Shown in pieces: positions 49,896-63,870 of a stretch of DNA of 64,000 bases. The translations under genes and the position numbers were made by a program. Numbering within the stretch: the first letter of the stretch is position 1; each line of letters opens with the position of its first letter. Source of the stretch: Lama glama. Its lineage: Eukaryota. The notes below the pieces were generated by a model. That model was given only the letters and a program-made list of their open reading frames with translations, did not search any database and had not been told where the DNA came from. Location of the stretch: NCBI GenBank assembly GCA_028534125.1, contig CM052816.1:30940001-31004000 (forward strand). The letters run 5' to 3'.

Positions 49896-51067
49896 ACACA
49901 GACCCTTGATATTCAGTGACTGTTTTCACAGTGACCCAAAGGTTCAGGGCCTGCAGTAATTTGTCATTTTACAGAGGCACACATCTGACTCACACAAAAA
50001 TAAAGTAGAAAAATGAATGTGAAATGGCAAGTCACCCAGCTAGTAAGAGAGCCTGGCATTCCCCTCTCAGTTTGACTCTGGCATTTTTACAACTCATTAT
50101 TAGTAGAATAAATATCAAGGAGTGCTTTAGCTGTAATCATTAATACATTCAGAAGGTCTCTGAACTTCTCATGATAAAAAGGGTACACTGTGCTTTCATA
50201 TCCCAAGGCTCCTTGGCAAGTTATATCATGATGATTCTCTGAAAGAAAACAGGCTTAAAAAAGATAACAAACCAATATGAGAGATAAAGTATATTACCTC
50301 CATAGACAGCTATCTATTAACATATTTATTAAATTTCCATTTTGTAGAAGGAATGGTAGTCATTGCGTAGTTCAGAGATAAAAGATACAAACCCAAACTT
50401 CTAAGAGCATTCAATATTATGCATCAACTTTATTCCTGAAAATACTTACCATAAAGAACCACATGACCAAAGTTTTATTATAGATGCCCTAAAACAAGTA
50501 GTTTTAAGTGTCAGATATATTTACAAAATTCTTTCTTTCTCACAATCATGAAAGTTCTAACATGAGTTTGTGGATAGCCTTTAATGTCTGTACTAACTTA
50601 TATAACTTATATAACTCATAGTAAAACAAATGATTAGAAATCCAGTTTATTTTCTTGAAATAAGATTGGGATCATAAAGTGTGATATGCCCATTATCTAA
50701 TTTCAACAAAATACCAAGAGCATCCCCTGAAAGAGGGTACAGCTGGCATGGTTATTTTTTAAATATCAGAATTTCTGTTACACCTAAAACCCTGGCCTAC
50801 CATTTTACACCTTCCATTATCCATCTCCGCACCCCAATATCCTGTGCCCCAGCACAACATGGCATTTCAGCACCTCCTGCCATTGGAAACTCATTTCTAA
50901 TCTCCTTTACAAGCCCCGTTCTGCAAAAAGCCCCAGCCTCAGGAAACCAGCGCCACCACCACAAGCTTAGATACGTGCATATATTCATTTCTACTCCTTG
51001 TAAGGCAGAAAGGAGTCCAGGGAGAGGATTATTGCTTCTATTCCTAGAAGCTTAAGAGGGGAAAATA

Positions 51068-51416
51068 TAGTCCACCCTCCACAGCAGCAGGTTCTACATC
51101 TGCGGGTTCAACAAATTCCAGATCAAAAATATCTGGGGAAAAAAATCCAGAAAGTTCCAAAAAGCAAAACTTGAATTTGCCAAGCATCAGCAACTACTGA
51201 CATAGAATTTACATTGTATTTATAACTATTTACATAGTATTTACATTGTATTAGGTATTAAAAGTAATCCAGAGATGATTTAAAGTTTATGGGAGGATGT
51301 GTGCATGTTATATGCAAATACTACACCTTTTTATATGAGGGACTTGAGCATCCACAGATTTTGGTATCCACATGGGTCCTGGAACCAATCCCCTGCAGAT
51401 ACCAAAGGACAACTGT
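51068..51416. mobile_element. TcMar-Tigger MITE (MER2/Tigger3a-like), near full length
   Basis: aaagttccaaaaagcaaaacttgaatttgcc...ttacattgtattaggtatt...gggacttgagcatccacagattttggtatcc...ggaaccaatcccctgcagataccaaaggacaactg. Confidence 0.9.
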
Positions 51417-51614
51417 GTAGCTTCTGGCTTTTCAAATTGGAACTCTGTCTGACTATATTTTTCCATCAAACTACTGCTACAGATGGTTGTTTCACTCTAG
51501 GTACTATTTATATTACTCTGAGTTACATTCTGAATCAAATCAACTTTTGAGAGCAGAATCAGAAACTCAAATGTTATTTATCAAATTGTTTTTCAGGAGA
51601 AAGAAGTTAGAATT

Positions 51615-51830
51615 AAAATACTGATGGTTTCCTGAGTATGTTGTGTATGAGGCACGATACTATGTAGTTTACATAGATTCTCATTTAATCAACAAAATGA
51701 AGTAGGAATTAGCACTATCTAACAGGATGTAAGAAAATCAAGGCTCAGAAGGGTGAGTTAACTTGCCAGAGCTGGAATTCAAATGCAGTTCTATGTGATC
51801 CAAGTCTGTGCTCTTAGCCTCTACATTTCA
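51615..51830 (-). mobile_element. MIR SINE
   Basis: ttacatagattctcatttaatc...aaggctcagaagggtgagttaacttgcc...ctggaattcaaatgcag...gtgctcttagcc. Confidence 0.75.
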
Positions 51831-52369
51831 TAATCTTGTATGTGTATTCCAGGGTTTAAATATCATTGCATAATATCATCTTATTTCATGAACTGTTGAC
51901 TGCATGCATGTGTATGTGTGTATAAAATGTAATTACAAACAGATACATATAAAAACTTTTCTGACCTTTAAAATCAATGTATTTAAAAATTTCCATATAT
52001 TTGAAGAGCAACTGAAAAATTTCATCTATATATGCAATTTGAGCCTCATAGAGATTCCTTTACACAAATTTATATTAATATATACTGAATAAAAACAGCA
52101 AGCAAAATAATAATCATTACCAGGCTCTTTTATTTAACATGACTTCCTAGTAACATATTAGGCAGCAAAACTGAAATTTTGCTAAGTTAATGGCAATTTC
52201 AAATAACATTAAAATAACATTTTATACTTCACCTTTCTTCCCCCAAATCTCTAGTTAAACCTCTAGTTTCTGGAAACCAGAAGAAAGGAACTGTACTATA
52301 GTATTTTCTCTGGAGAGATACTTTGTAAGCTATGAGAATATTACAGCCTTCCTATTTTCATTACATTAA

Positions 52370-52960
52370 AAAATGTACACTATTGCTTTGTTTTAAAATT
52401 TAACGAAATTATTCTGACTGCACTTCATTTTGCAACTTCATCTTTTTAAAATTAGCACTGCTTTTTGAAATTTATCTATCATGGCAACATGGAAGTCTAA
52501 TGTTTCCATTTTGACTGCTTTATGACATCTAACTTTACAAAGAAACCTGCTTAATTATCCGGTTAGAATAGACCATAATACTGTTTCACTTTGTCACTAT
52601 TAGAAGTTAATGATTATCCTGCACAAGTATAAGGCTCTCTGGTGTTGACATCTGGAGATATGAACTGCAGGGTCATAGGATTTGTACATCTCCGAAAATT
52701 ATTAGGTGTTATGCAATTGCTTTTCAAAGTGACTGTACCAATTTACTTTGCCACCAGAAATGTATAAAAGAGTTCTCATTTCCCGATTTAAATATCTGGC
52801 AAATATCAGGCTCTCACCCATGTTTGTTACCTGATATTCCATTTTATTACTGATATAAAATTTTATCTTTCTTAGTGTTGACATTGTATTGTGATAATGT
52901 TTACATATTTTAATGGTCATTTTCAACTTGCTGTGATTCAAAACATTTAAAAACTTAGTT
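52370..52960 (-). mobile_element. Ancient L1 3' fragment
   Basis: aactgcagggtcatagg...caattgcttttcaaagtgactgtaccaatttactttgccaccagaaatgtataaaagagttc. Confidence 0.65.
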
Positions 52961-53319
52961 TTTAAGTCTGGATATATAATTCTTCTTTCTTAAGGAATGT
53001 TCTAGTCTGTCATAAGTTATGACAATGTCCGCTAAAAAGTGCTTGGCCTCTTCATCATAAAGTTATCTGGTTTTGAGGATTCTATTAATTAAAAAGAAAA
53101 GGACTTCTAAGTTTTATGCTATAAAAACATTTGGCACTTATGACAAAGGTTTTTAAGGCTATAAGAGGTATTAAAACTGGGTATACACATACACCTCAAT
53201 AGAATTAATGATTTCATCCTCTGCTCATTCAAAGCACTTTATACAGTTATCTTCCTCAGTCCAATGTTAGTTTGTTGCTCCCTCATTAAGTTAGTTCTTT
53301 TAAGGCTGGGACTATCATG

Positions 53320-53810
53320 TACTATCTTCAAGATGCAAGACATTAGAGTACCCGACAAATCCCCCTTCACGTCCCCTTCCAGCGCTACCCCTTCAAGGAT
53401 AAACACTATCCTGACATCCAGCAACACAGATTTGAACTGCATATAAGTAAAACTACACAGTATGTGTTCTTTTGCCTCTGGCTTCTTTCACTCAACATTA
53501 TATTTCTGTGATTCATCCATGGTTTAACACAGCTATAGTTTGAATATTCTCAATAATGTATAGTATTTCATTGTATGGCCATACTACAGTTTATCCATTC
53601 TACCATTCATGGACACGTGGGCAGTTTCTATACTGGAGCTCTCATGGGTAGTATTGCTATGAACACTGCTGTCCATGTCTTTTGGTGGGCACATATCCCC
53701 CCAACTTAGTTGGGTATGTACCTAAAGTGGAATTTCTGCATTACATGGTATATGTATGTTCAATTTCAGTAGATAACAACAAACATTTTTCCAGTGTGGA
53801 CTACCAAAGC
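53320..53810 (-). mobile_element. L1MB/ME-type 3'UTR fragment
   Basis: aaacactatcctgacatcc...ggcttctttcactcaacattatatttctgtgattcatccat...gtttatccattctacc...tgctatgaacac...ttttggtgggcacat-like. Confidence 0.8.
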
Positions 53811-53819
53811 CTAATTTCT

Positions 53820-54260
53820 GCACTCATTCATTCATTAATTCTTAAAAAATGGTTAAGCAAAAATGTGTTAAGGTACTGTGCTTGACACTGGTGAAAATGG
53901 CCAGTACCAAGTTCCTGTATCTCCACAGCACTCATTCCTTCCTACATTCATTTTCCTGAATACCTAAGGTATGCCAGGCACTGCACTACATTTGGAGACC
54001 ATTAGATTAAGAAAGACAAAATCCACATCCTCTTGGTGCTTACATTCTAATGTGGACACAAACAATAAACTATAAGTAATAAATTTAAAAAAAAGATAGA
54101 ATATGAAAGTAGAAAGTTCTAAGAAAAAAATGAAGTGGAATGGGGGAAAGAATGTGGAGACAGGAAACAGGGTCCCAATTTAGATAAAATGCACAGGGAA
54201 GGTGCCCATAAGGAGGTAAAACCTGGTTTTGAAGGAGGTGGTAATGATGAAGATAGTAAG
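53820..54260 (-). mobile_element. L2 fragments
   Basis: cactcattcattcattaatt...; tgaatacctaaggtatgccaggcactgcacta...agacaaaatcc...gcttacattcta...cagggaagg. Confidence 0.7.
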
Positions 54261-56399
54261 AGTAATCACATTAGCATATATTCTGCAAGTAGAGATAACA
54301 GGATTTGTGTTGATGAATTTCATATGGGGTGTGAATACACTGAGCATGATAGTTATTCATAAATGTTTGACTGGATGAATAACATTATCTAACAATAATT
54401 TTAGTTTGTAGTATGATCTATTACCTGCCAACAAATGTACACTCATTTATTAGGTGGTTTTAAGGCAGTTTTCAAAGTGCTGAGTACATCCTCTATAATA
54501 ACACTTAGACTGTATTTCAAACCTTCCTTTGTTGCATTCCAACAATCAGTCAGTAATAACTTTGTAAATAAAGAATTATTGCTCCTCCTAGAGAAAAAGA
54601 TTTATAAATAACACAAATAAACATGAGTATGTCTGTATATGTGTGTTTACATATATGTATATATACATAATCTTAATAACATCAAATGCTTAAGTTTAAC
54701 AAAACAAGTGGCTATATAAAAAGTTATTTTTTAATTAATATGTCACCGTATCAGTGAATGTGTAGCTAACAATATCTTAAAGAAGACTGCCAAAGAGATC
54801 TGTCAAAAAAATTTTTTTAAGTACATAAAAACAAATCCTTTAAGAGAAGCCTTAGGGAAGTTAACTGTAAACGTTTTAATGAGTGTAATATGACTTACGG
54901 TAAAATTTCACTCCCTGTGCTATATTACCAACTGCTACTGTATTTTTAATGTTGACTTTTTTCTTAGTGTTTTCATTTTAATTTACAACAATTCAACAGG
55001 AGAAAGGAAACCTGGGTATAGATTCAGAAATACCACCATATACTACCAAATGCTAACCACATGAATGAGAAATAACAAATAAGTCTCTTTAATTCTCCTA
55101 GTCTATTCTCTGCTCTCCAAAATGAGAAAAGTAATACTTGCATGCTACATCCTTAGAACTAAAAATCATACAGAATACTCTATAGCTTTGGTTTTGTTTT
55201 GCCAAGAAATATTATTTGGAAAACCAGCTTTAACTAACTCATTTGGCACACCACACTGGCATTTTACATGGTTAGTCGTCTGTTAAGACAACTTTTTCTC
55301 TTCTAAAACAATGAAAATATTAAGGGCTAGGTATACAAGGCCTTAGAACATATTTATTCAGAAAATTTTACATTTGATCTCTTGTTTTTATAAAGGAAGG
55401 AGGAAAATAAAGTGAAAATTTCCATACCAAATTGTAAGAAGAGAGAAGAGTAGTTATTTATTAAATGAGCCAAAGTAGAGCACATAATATACTACCTGTG
55501 AGGGGGAAAAAAAAAAGAGGTGACTTAATCAAAGGGTGATCAATGACTGCAATCTAATTGCATAGCTTTGAAAGGCTTTAAGAGTTAAGACTTGGAAGAA
55601 AGTGAATGGCTATGGGAAAGGAATCAAAGATGATCATACTAATAACACAGGAAGAGTAAGAGTCTACTAAAACAAAAGTAAAAATTTAGAAAATTACCAT
55701 TCACATTAAAGACATTCCCAAAGTTCGATCTAACAAATGAGCTTCAATGGAGAAATAGTACACAGTTGTAACTGTAAAATACACAGCTAAAACTGTAAAA
55801 GCTTAAGAATGAAAGAGGTAACAGTTTACAAAAGGTTTAATAGAAATTGGTATGCCTCTGCATCTAAAGGATAAGACAGTGGGACAGTTCTGACAGTCCT
55901 GTTTGTTTTCAGCCACATAAACAGCCTAATGAAAGAAAGCTATACTATCCTCTATTGAGCAAAGAAATTGTTTTTACTTCACTTCAATTATTAAATGCCT
56001 ACCAGGCAGATTGCTATGGTCTCTTCCCTCCTAAGTGCTTATAGTAATAGACAAATAATAAGTAACTGAAAAGATACCAAGTAGTTGCACCTCAAATCAA
56101 TCAATCAATCACATTAATAACATGTACAAGGAAGGAGTAACTGCACATTTTTTGCAGTGTGTAACAGAGAGTCATGACTGTTACATGTATAGGAATGTCT
56201 AGTCAAGAGATGTTAAACGAGGAAGCTTCCAAGAAATGATGGAATATCAAGGACTTTTTGAAAGAAAAAAGAAAAGGTGACCAGAGTGTATTTGAGAGGT
56301 TATACTAGGGGTGAAAAAGGGCACCAGAAGTGAAATAAAAATATTATAATAATAAAAATACTATAACTACACAAAGCTGGTCAGATCCCTAACCAACAA

Positions 56400-56620
56400 G
56401 AATAGAAATAGTAGCCTATAAGTTTCCTCTCCTAACATCAGTACTAAATGTTTTATATGCATTAGCTCATTTAATTCACACATTACCTCATTTAATGTAG
56501 GGTCGTTATATTCATTTTAGCAAAGAGAAAATTGAAACAAATGATGAAGTGACTTGATCAACTTCACCAGGAAGTGATACAACCAAGAGTAAAACCCAGT
56601 GTGACTCATAATGGTCGGAA
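56400..56620 (-). mobile_element. MIR fragment
   Basis: gtactaaatgttttatatgcattagctcatttaattcacac...cattttagcaaagagaaaattgaaac...aagtgacttg. Confidence 0.65.
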
Positions 56621-57199
56621 TGATTAAAGTCTCTTATTGCTAGAGCTTTGTACCATGTCTAGCTCAGGGTAGGTAATTATTAAATAACAGCTAAACTAAA
56701 GCATGGGAAGCAATGCTAGAGGTGGGAGATGTGAAAAGAAAAATACTGATTCCCCCCACCTTGACTTGAAAATAATTTAGCAATGAGATAATAACCTCAG
56801 TAAACAATCTTCAGAATTAAAACAATAAAACTTTATTGAACTTTGTTTCTAAATTGTTTTTACTTTCAGATACTACCAACATAAGTGATGTATGCAAACT
56901 AAGGAGGGAAAAGAATCAGTGAAGAGGGAATTCAAAGTGTTTTAGAGAAATAAGAAACACTGAGAATAAATGGAAGCAAATACATAACTGAGAGTGTCAA
57001 GAAAATAAAAACCAAATAGATGCTAAAAAAAGTCTAAACCAAATGAAAAGTCCTCAAGTTTTTACAATATCTGTAACGTGAAGGTGAAAAAAAGTAGTAT
57101 AACAACTTAGTATCTTAAAAGAAGCCATCTTGACCGTGTATTTGTGTTACTTTATATTTTCCAAACTATGAAATAGAATACTATTTAGAAAGGAACATA

Positions 57200-57310
57200 A
57201 ATATATACATACAAACACAACACACAGCATGTATATACGTGTATATGTGTATATATACATATGTGCATATACAAATACACATATTTGCATGTGTGTTTGT
57301 ATATGTATAT
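57200..57310. repeat. Alternating purine-pyrimidine (TA/CA/TG) low-complexity tract
   Basis: atatatacatacaaacac...gtatatacgtgtatatgtgtatatatacatatgtgcatatac. Confidence 0.8.
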
Positions 57311-58559
57311 TTTTTCAACAAATCATGTTAACTGAATATGTAATTTTTTCCCCGAAAAGTCAAGTAACTGAGAAAGACTAGAAGAAAAAAAAAAAAACCT
57401 AATGAAACAGAATGCTAGAATCTTTCCCTCCAGGTACAGAATGATTACTGCACTGTCTTTGGATGCCTGCAAAAATTCAGTTAACACCAGATGCTACTAT
57501 AGGTAGTATGGCTAATTAAGATTTAATGTACTTTTCTGCTTCGACAATTAAATGGGGAAGACTGCAGGGAATTGTTTTGTATTGCTAGGAAAATTATATA
57601 ATGGTCAGAAAAGTGAGAATAAAATTCCATGAAAAATTCTGTTTTCTTTCATCTGTTTGAGGAACACTTTCATTACGAAGAATCCCCCTCCTTCCTTTTA
57701 TTTGGAATTTAAAATTTATGTTGTAGGTTTTGGTGCTTTCAGAGCAGGAAGGCTCTGGATACACCAGATGTATCCACCATCGAGGAAACTGATGTTTAAT
57801 GGAATAAAAAGAAGAGCTGCTGGAGTTTGGCAGCCATTTTACTACCATCTGATTTAACAGCATCTAACAGAGATGACAAGTTTTATCACACACCTTTAAC
57901 TACTAAATTCACAAAACAAACAGAAGGTTTACCATGGGAGGTAGAGAGTGATCAGACTATATCCTCTAGTTACTCTTCCAGTAAAACAGCATGTGTTACC
58001 TAAAATTGCTGTGGGAACCTGAGAGCTCATAAGAAAAATGGAGTTCTAGTTGAATGTCTTCTTTAATATCTTATACTACAACTTCTATAGTAAATACAAA
58101 GTTTACATGCAGACATTTATTATAAGCCAGATCAAATATTAACATTAAAATGGAGTACAATGATGCTAAATTTTGCAATTTAATTATGGTGCTGAATTCT
58201 TATTAAGCATATAAGCAGTTTCACTGCATGATGGTTTTGTTTGTACATTACAGTTGATTTTTAACATATTCTGTTATTCAAATGAATAAAAGGGAAGACA
58301 GATTTGTGCTCCAGTTTTCCTTCTGCCTACTATAATATAAGGTGGAGAAAGAGGGTAATATCATTAGATATTTTCTCCTCAAAAATGGCAGGTATTTCTC
58401 TAAGTATTTAGCACAAATCAGGAACCACATCCAAAAAAAATTAATAAAGAAGGTACAGAAAAGGAGGGGAGAAAATAAATGAATGTGAGATAAGAAATAA
58501 TAACTTAAGCCTCACTGTAACATTTCCCTATATGAACCACTCATTACTTTTCAGAAAAG

Positions 58560-58700
58560 TGTAATTTAGTGCAGTAGAAAGTGAATTTGACTGAGAGTGC
58601 AAATATTTAGCTTCGAGTCCCATCTCTGTCATTTACACGCTGTCTAACTTTGGGTAAATCAAAAATCTGCCTGTCATTTGCTTTACAGACTTAAAACCAA
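58560..58700 (+). mobile_element. MIR fragment
   Basis: tagtgcagtagaaagtgaa...cttcgagtcccatctctgtcatttacacgctgtctaactttgggtaaatca. Confidence 0.6.
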
Positions 58701-59259
58701 ACAGCAACTTCTTATTCTCTTCATTTAATGCTGCAGTGCAGTCAGGGTGTCAGTTTAGGACATTAAAATGATTTCTACAGCAACCAACCACAGCGTTTAT
58801 AATTCTTTATATTGAATCAAAGGCAAGAGATTGGCTTCTGAAGGTGACCATCTACTAAAAGCACGAATCTCTAATATAGAGCAACGAGAAAACCAAAATG
58901 ACCTGAAAATTAAACTGCTCCTTCTAGGCTTCCTTTTCTCTCTCCAGCTGTGACTAATATTAAAGCTTTTCTCTTTAAGGGTAGCAATGGACATTTCTGA
59001 GGGTAACTTGACTTAAAGCCATAAAATGAAGTTTTAAAAAAACTAATCAAAACTGTGTGCAGGGTGTGTGTATATGTGGCTTTATACATGGAACTATGTA
59101 TATATACATACACATATGCATCAAGCTAACCAAGACCATGTGTGTGAGACAGAAGACAAGAGACGAGACAAGATACATCTGAGATCCCTCTTCACATCTC
59201 TGGTTGTCAGGCTGCCCTCACAGGACAGCATCCACGGCTCTGGCCCTGCGCTGAAATGA

Positions 59260-59355
59260 CGTGAGAATCGGGGCCTAGTACTTCAATTCTACCTCTATCA
59301 CTAATTCAATATATCACGTAGGCTAGTCATGTAACCACCCTGTGCTTCCGTATCT
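59260..59355 (+). mobile_element. MIR fragment
   Basis: attctacctctatcactaatt...aggctagtcatgtaaccaccctgtgcttccgt. Confidence 0.45.
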
Positions 59356-61009
59356 AACTGGATTCCACTCAAAGGGTAACCGGCTCCTTCCAAGCTGGCC
59401 TTTGAATGGTCATTTACACTTTATTGCACTTTCGGAAAGGTAGAAAAAGTAGCAGAACTCTTCCACAGATTTTTCTATTTCTATAAAAAATAAAACTGCC
59501 CTCAACTCTACTTATAATTCTTATTGGCACAAAAGATAAAAAACCAACTGTTCACATGAAATATAATGATATTTGGGAAAGTAAAAGAAGTTGCCTAAGG
59601 TGTTACTTTCACATTAAATCTGCAGAGTACATTACCATCAAATGAATGAGGGATGAATAGAATGACCTTTTTACGGTCTCTTCCAAAACTGAAGACTCTA
59701 TGATTGTGAACAAGACTCTGCAAAATATGACAAACAACTCAACATGAAAAAATGCCACAAATGTTTACTGCCGAAACTATAAAAAAGGATAGATATTTGA
59801 CAGAAACAATTATCCTTCTTGATTATATACTTCTGATATAAATTACTGACAATCTACAAAGGGAAAGCATTTATTATCTAGATGCTATTTTTGCACATTT
59901 TGAAAGACAGGAATACAGGTATAACAATAAAAGCTTTATTTAGAAAATCATCTGTCACACTAAAGCAATATCTATTCTTTCTGAGGTTTTGCTTAGTACC
60001 TCCTTTTACTGATAAATTTGAAAATCTTTGCTATCCTGTATATGTGAAGATAAAAATTCATCATTTTGAATATACTATATTAGCCATTTTTCTAATCATT
60101 ATATTAGATTATACCAAGAAATTCATATATACAGATTTAGTATTTCTATGAATAATAACAGCATGGGGAATGTCTGAATATAAGCATGCCATGCACTATC
60201 TACAGCCATAAATAAACTTTCTTTCTTAAAAGGAGGGCCTGTACAATATCAACTCTGTAACTGACTCCTTTATATCATGTGATAATCACCTACATTAACC
60301 AAAGCAGCCATGAGAGTGTTTACAGATTTGGCTATTAAGTTTTTTATACTAGAAAGTCATCATCATAGTTCTGTGTGTCTAAGGTCATTCATCCATCAAT
60401 TTATTCTCATTAATAACAAAACAGTTGAATTCCGTGCCTGCTTACCATAAACACATGTCCTCATATTAAATCAATCAGCCCACTACTGTAAAGGGCCACA
60501 AGTGATGACAGGACTTTTAGAGTGAAATGTTAAACATCTGACTGCAAAAACAAAATGAAAAAGCTTGAAATTTCATCTGTGGCTTAATTAGGCTCCAAGT
60601 TAAGCAGTCTTCCCCAAAGAAACCACATGGTTATGACAGAACTCCTTATAGCCACTAGCTACCTCTGTAAATATAGTTTATTCTGCAAGGATACACTTTA
60701 ATTCTAGCATTTTATTAAACAGATTCTGACTCATACTTGATTGCGTGGACCAACTAAATATAATTTTAAAAAAACAACAAAGCAAACAGAAGCAAATTCC
60801 ACTGAAGAATGATTTATGTCACAAAAATATATTTTCTTCAAGTTCAAGAAAATTTTCCCCATATAACCAATGTTATGAATAGCAATTAGCCTTTCCAGGC
60901 TTGTTTGTAAAATGTGACGTGAGTCTTAATGTAGCTGAACTACAGAACCTTTCCAATCAGGGATGGCAAGGGACAGTGCTCATGACTACTGCTGTTACAA
61001 GTGAGAACT

Positions 61010-61270
61010 GTAATACCCAGCAAGCTTTCACTTACTGAGTACCCACTATGTGCTAGGTACTGTGACAAATGCTTTACATGATTTGCCTCATTCAATTTTC
61101 ATAGCCAATCTGTGAGACAGAGATTATTTTCATCTTACAGGTTAAAAAAAAAATCAGGCTTTGAAAAATTAAGTGGCTTGCCTAATGTCATACAGCTGGA
61201 AACTGGCAAAGTCATATCCAGGTCCATATGACTTTCAAAGCCCATGCTGTCTACCACTCTGTTATACTGC
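61010..61270 (-). mobile_element. MIR SINE, near full length
   Basis: cacttactgagtacccactatgtgctaggtactgtg...atgctttacatg...catcttacagg...ttaagtggcttgcctaatgtcatacagct...tgactttcaaagcccatgct. Confidence 0.85.
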
Positions 61271-61739
61271 CAAGCTTCAAAATACGTACTTTCCTTTTCA
61301 GAGCCAAAATCTCCAGTCCTTCAATACAGATGATCCCAGCTACATGTCAGAAGTAACCTTTCTGATCTACTTTGCACTGGAAATAAATAATTAAATCCTA
61401 CCAGAAGTAGTATTTTCATCTTTTAAAAAGGAGGCAATTTAATTCAACTGATTTCAAAAATGGTATATTAGATAGTGAAACAAAAGTAGGCAGAACAGCT
61501 TGCAATGGGAAGCAGATCAACCCTAGTGGAGAGGACATCTATACCTGCCTCACTGACATCTTTTCTTTTCTGGGGAAAATACCACAAGTCTATTCAACTT
61601 GATGCTAATAGGGCTACGAATCATGTGGTCTTCCTTTCCCAAACCCTGGTGGCCAGGAGAACTGGGTGGGGCCAATACATTTTTTGGGGCTCCCCCCTGC
61701 CTGGAGATTTTTTAAATTGTCACTGGGTAAAACAATAGT

Positions 61740-62015
61740 CACTCACATTTATCTGAAGTCTGGAACTAAAAGAATGATAGACATTTGGATACATGCAATC
61801 CATGGAGAGTATCTGCCAGAGAACAAAGCTAACACAGAGGAAAGCAAAACAGAGCAAGGCAAAGACAAAGTCCTGGGGATATAGACTGAACCCTTTCATC
61901 CCACCATGACTGAGGTAGAGACTCATGTCTTGTTTCAGAGTAGCTATCTGAGTCAATAAATACTGACTGAGTAATCCGTGTTAAGTCTCCACCCAAAAGA
62001 ATCCTGGCTAACATA
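61740..62015 (+). mobile_element. MaLR LTR fragment (MLT1J-like)
   Basis: ctgccagagaacaaagctaacacagaggaaagcaaaacagag...gtcctgggga...tgagtcaataaat...aaagaatcctggctaaca. Confidence 0.65.
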
Positions 62016-62714
62016 GGTTTCAGAGAATTTGCTCTCAAAGTGATCTTCCCTCTGGAGGGCTTCCATTAGTTCTTTTCTTTACCTAGTTCAATACCCCAGG
62101 ATATAGTAAGCAAGAGGGAAATGAAGAGAATCAATTTCAATTTCAGGTCAAGGATGATTAGTAAAGGGAAAAATACAGGGATACAGAAAGAGGCTGGGGC
62201 ACTTAAAGGTAGTATTAAATTTCCTACCTAAAACATCCATGTACAAAAACTGGAAATAGCATGATTCTCACCCATAAGCTCATATTTTCAGTCATGACGT
62301 TTGATAGAAAACCACAATATATAATAAGGCAGTAACAGTATAAAAAGTGGTTATTACAAATCAAGAATAATCCAGCAAATGTTTCTAATGTGTTTAATTT
62401 AACTTTTTAAAATACACATTTTACATGATTTAAATATTCTTTTTAAGTGTTTCTCAACTTGAGTTTTATAGATTTAAATCATACAGAAAATAAAAATGAA
62501 ACTATCACCAAGTTTCATAGAATTTTAGGTTTGAATTTTCATGCTCCTCTCTTTCTGGATTAATTCTTCACCTTCAAGTATTAGTTGCTTTTCTTTGTTA
62601 ATATCTCAGGTACAAAAGTTATATATAACTAAGATATAAATAAAAAGTTAATCTTAAAAATGGGGTGGCAATATACCATGATGCCAATTCAAGACGATTT
62701 AGCATTTACATTCC

Positions 62715-63150
62715 AAAGAAACTAGGACTCTTGGTTACCAATGACAGAAAACCTAACCCAGACTGGCATAAGCAAAAAGGTAATGCATTGAATCATAAAA
62801 TTAAAAGTTTATGAGTAGGGATGGCTTCAGGCATGGCTGGATTTAGGCCTCAGAATGTGTCATCAGGACTCAGTTTCTCTCTCTCCATCCTCTCAGTGTT
62901 GGCCTACTCAAGCTCCATGTGATACGTGAGGCTGTAGCTGCTACAGCCATCTTTCAAAGTATGCTGATATATACTCATCCAATCTGAACCAATCAAAGTG
63001 TGTAAGGAGACACAATGTGCTGACTGCCTAGGTACAGGTCACATACATCATCTCTGAGTTGGTTGGTGGGTGTGGACTTACCCTAAGAACAAAGAAGGGG
63101 TAGATTCTTCAGAGGAAAACCAAATGGATGTTTTTCAGAATATCGGGAAT
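62715..63150 (-). mobile_element. MaLR LTR (MLT1K-like)
   Basis: aggactcttggttaccaatgacagaaaacctaacccagactggcataagcaaaaagg...ggcttcaggcatggctggatttagg...tgaaccaatca...ggtcacat. Confidence 0.75.
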
Positions 63151-63462
63151 ACGTGCCCAATACAAATGACGTCTTTTCATAATAAAAATTATGTGAACAA
63201 AAAATAACAACTACAAAAAAATGCTTTGAGGTTTTTAGTGTGCTGGAGAGAACAATTTCTTAAAAATAGTCTTCTCAACTAGATTTTCATTGTTTCTTTC
63301 TGATATCAGTACTTAAATAGAATTAAAACTTCTATTTCCCCCTTTCAAAGCCCCTCTTACAATGTTCACTGAAATTCAGGGTTTTGACAGCTGTGGCTAT
63401 CAAAAAAAACAGGATATATTTCCAAATAGCTAGAGATGAAGCCCAATTATTGCCACACATAA

Positions 63463-63870
63463 TTGTCAACAGAGTTCTTGGTTGCAAGAGCAGGTGTAAT
63501 CTCTGTTAAGCAGAAAGGGACACAAAAATGATGAAGCTGAAGAAACAGACCTGGGAAATAAGCTGCAACTAAAGAACACTAGGAGGCCAGCGCTGCCACC
63601 GAAATGCTGAAGGGAAGTCGGCTTAGGGCGCCTCTGCTGAGAACGCTGCCGCCACCACCACTGCTGGTACCAGTACCTCCTCCGAGTGCTGCTACAGACA
63701 ACAGAGGAAAGAATTTGTAACTCTCCCCTATTTCTCCGTATTGCTTTTTTTTCAGATGTGAAATTTCACTGAGAGATTTCTACTCGGTTGAGCTGTGAGA
63801 GGGACAACCTGCAGCATTCTGGCTTCCATAGGAGAAGGCCTCAAGCACTCAGAATAAACCCTAACACTTA
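63463..63870 (-). mobile_element. Old MaLR LTR (MLT1M/N-like)
   Basis: agagttcttggttgcaagagc...ttaagcagaaaggga...gctgccgccaccaccactgctg...ttctggcttcca. Confidence 0.5.

Noticed and set aside
46520..50488. Chain of small minus-strand exons (39, 37, 31 and 112 nt) as a coding gene
   Set aside because: The 37-nt candidate (48438-48474) has stops in all phases and the phases of the others are incompatible, so no continuous ORF forms.
58851..58953. IKLLLLG peptide resembling a G-alpha P-loop lead-in
   Set aside because: No GxxxxGKS follows and stops flank the frame closely; coincidental.
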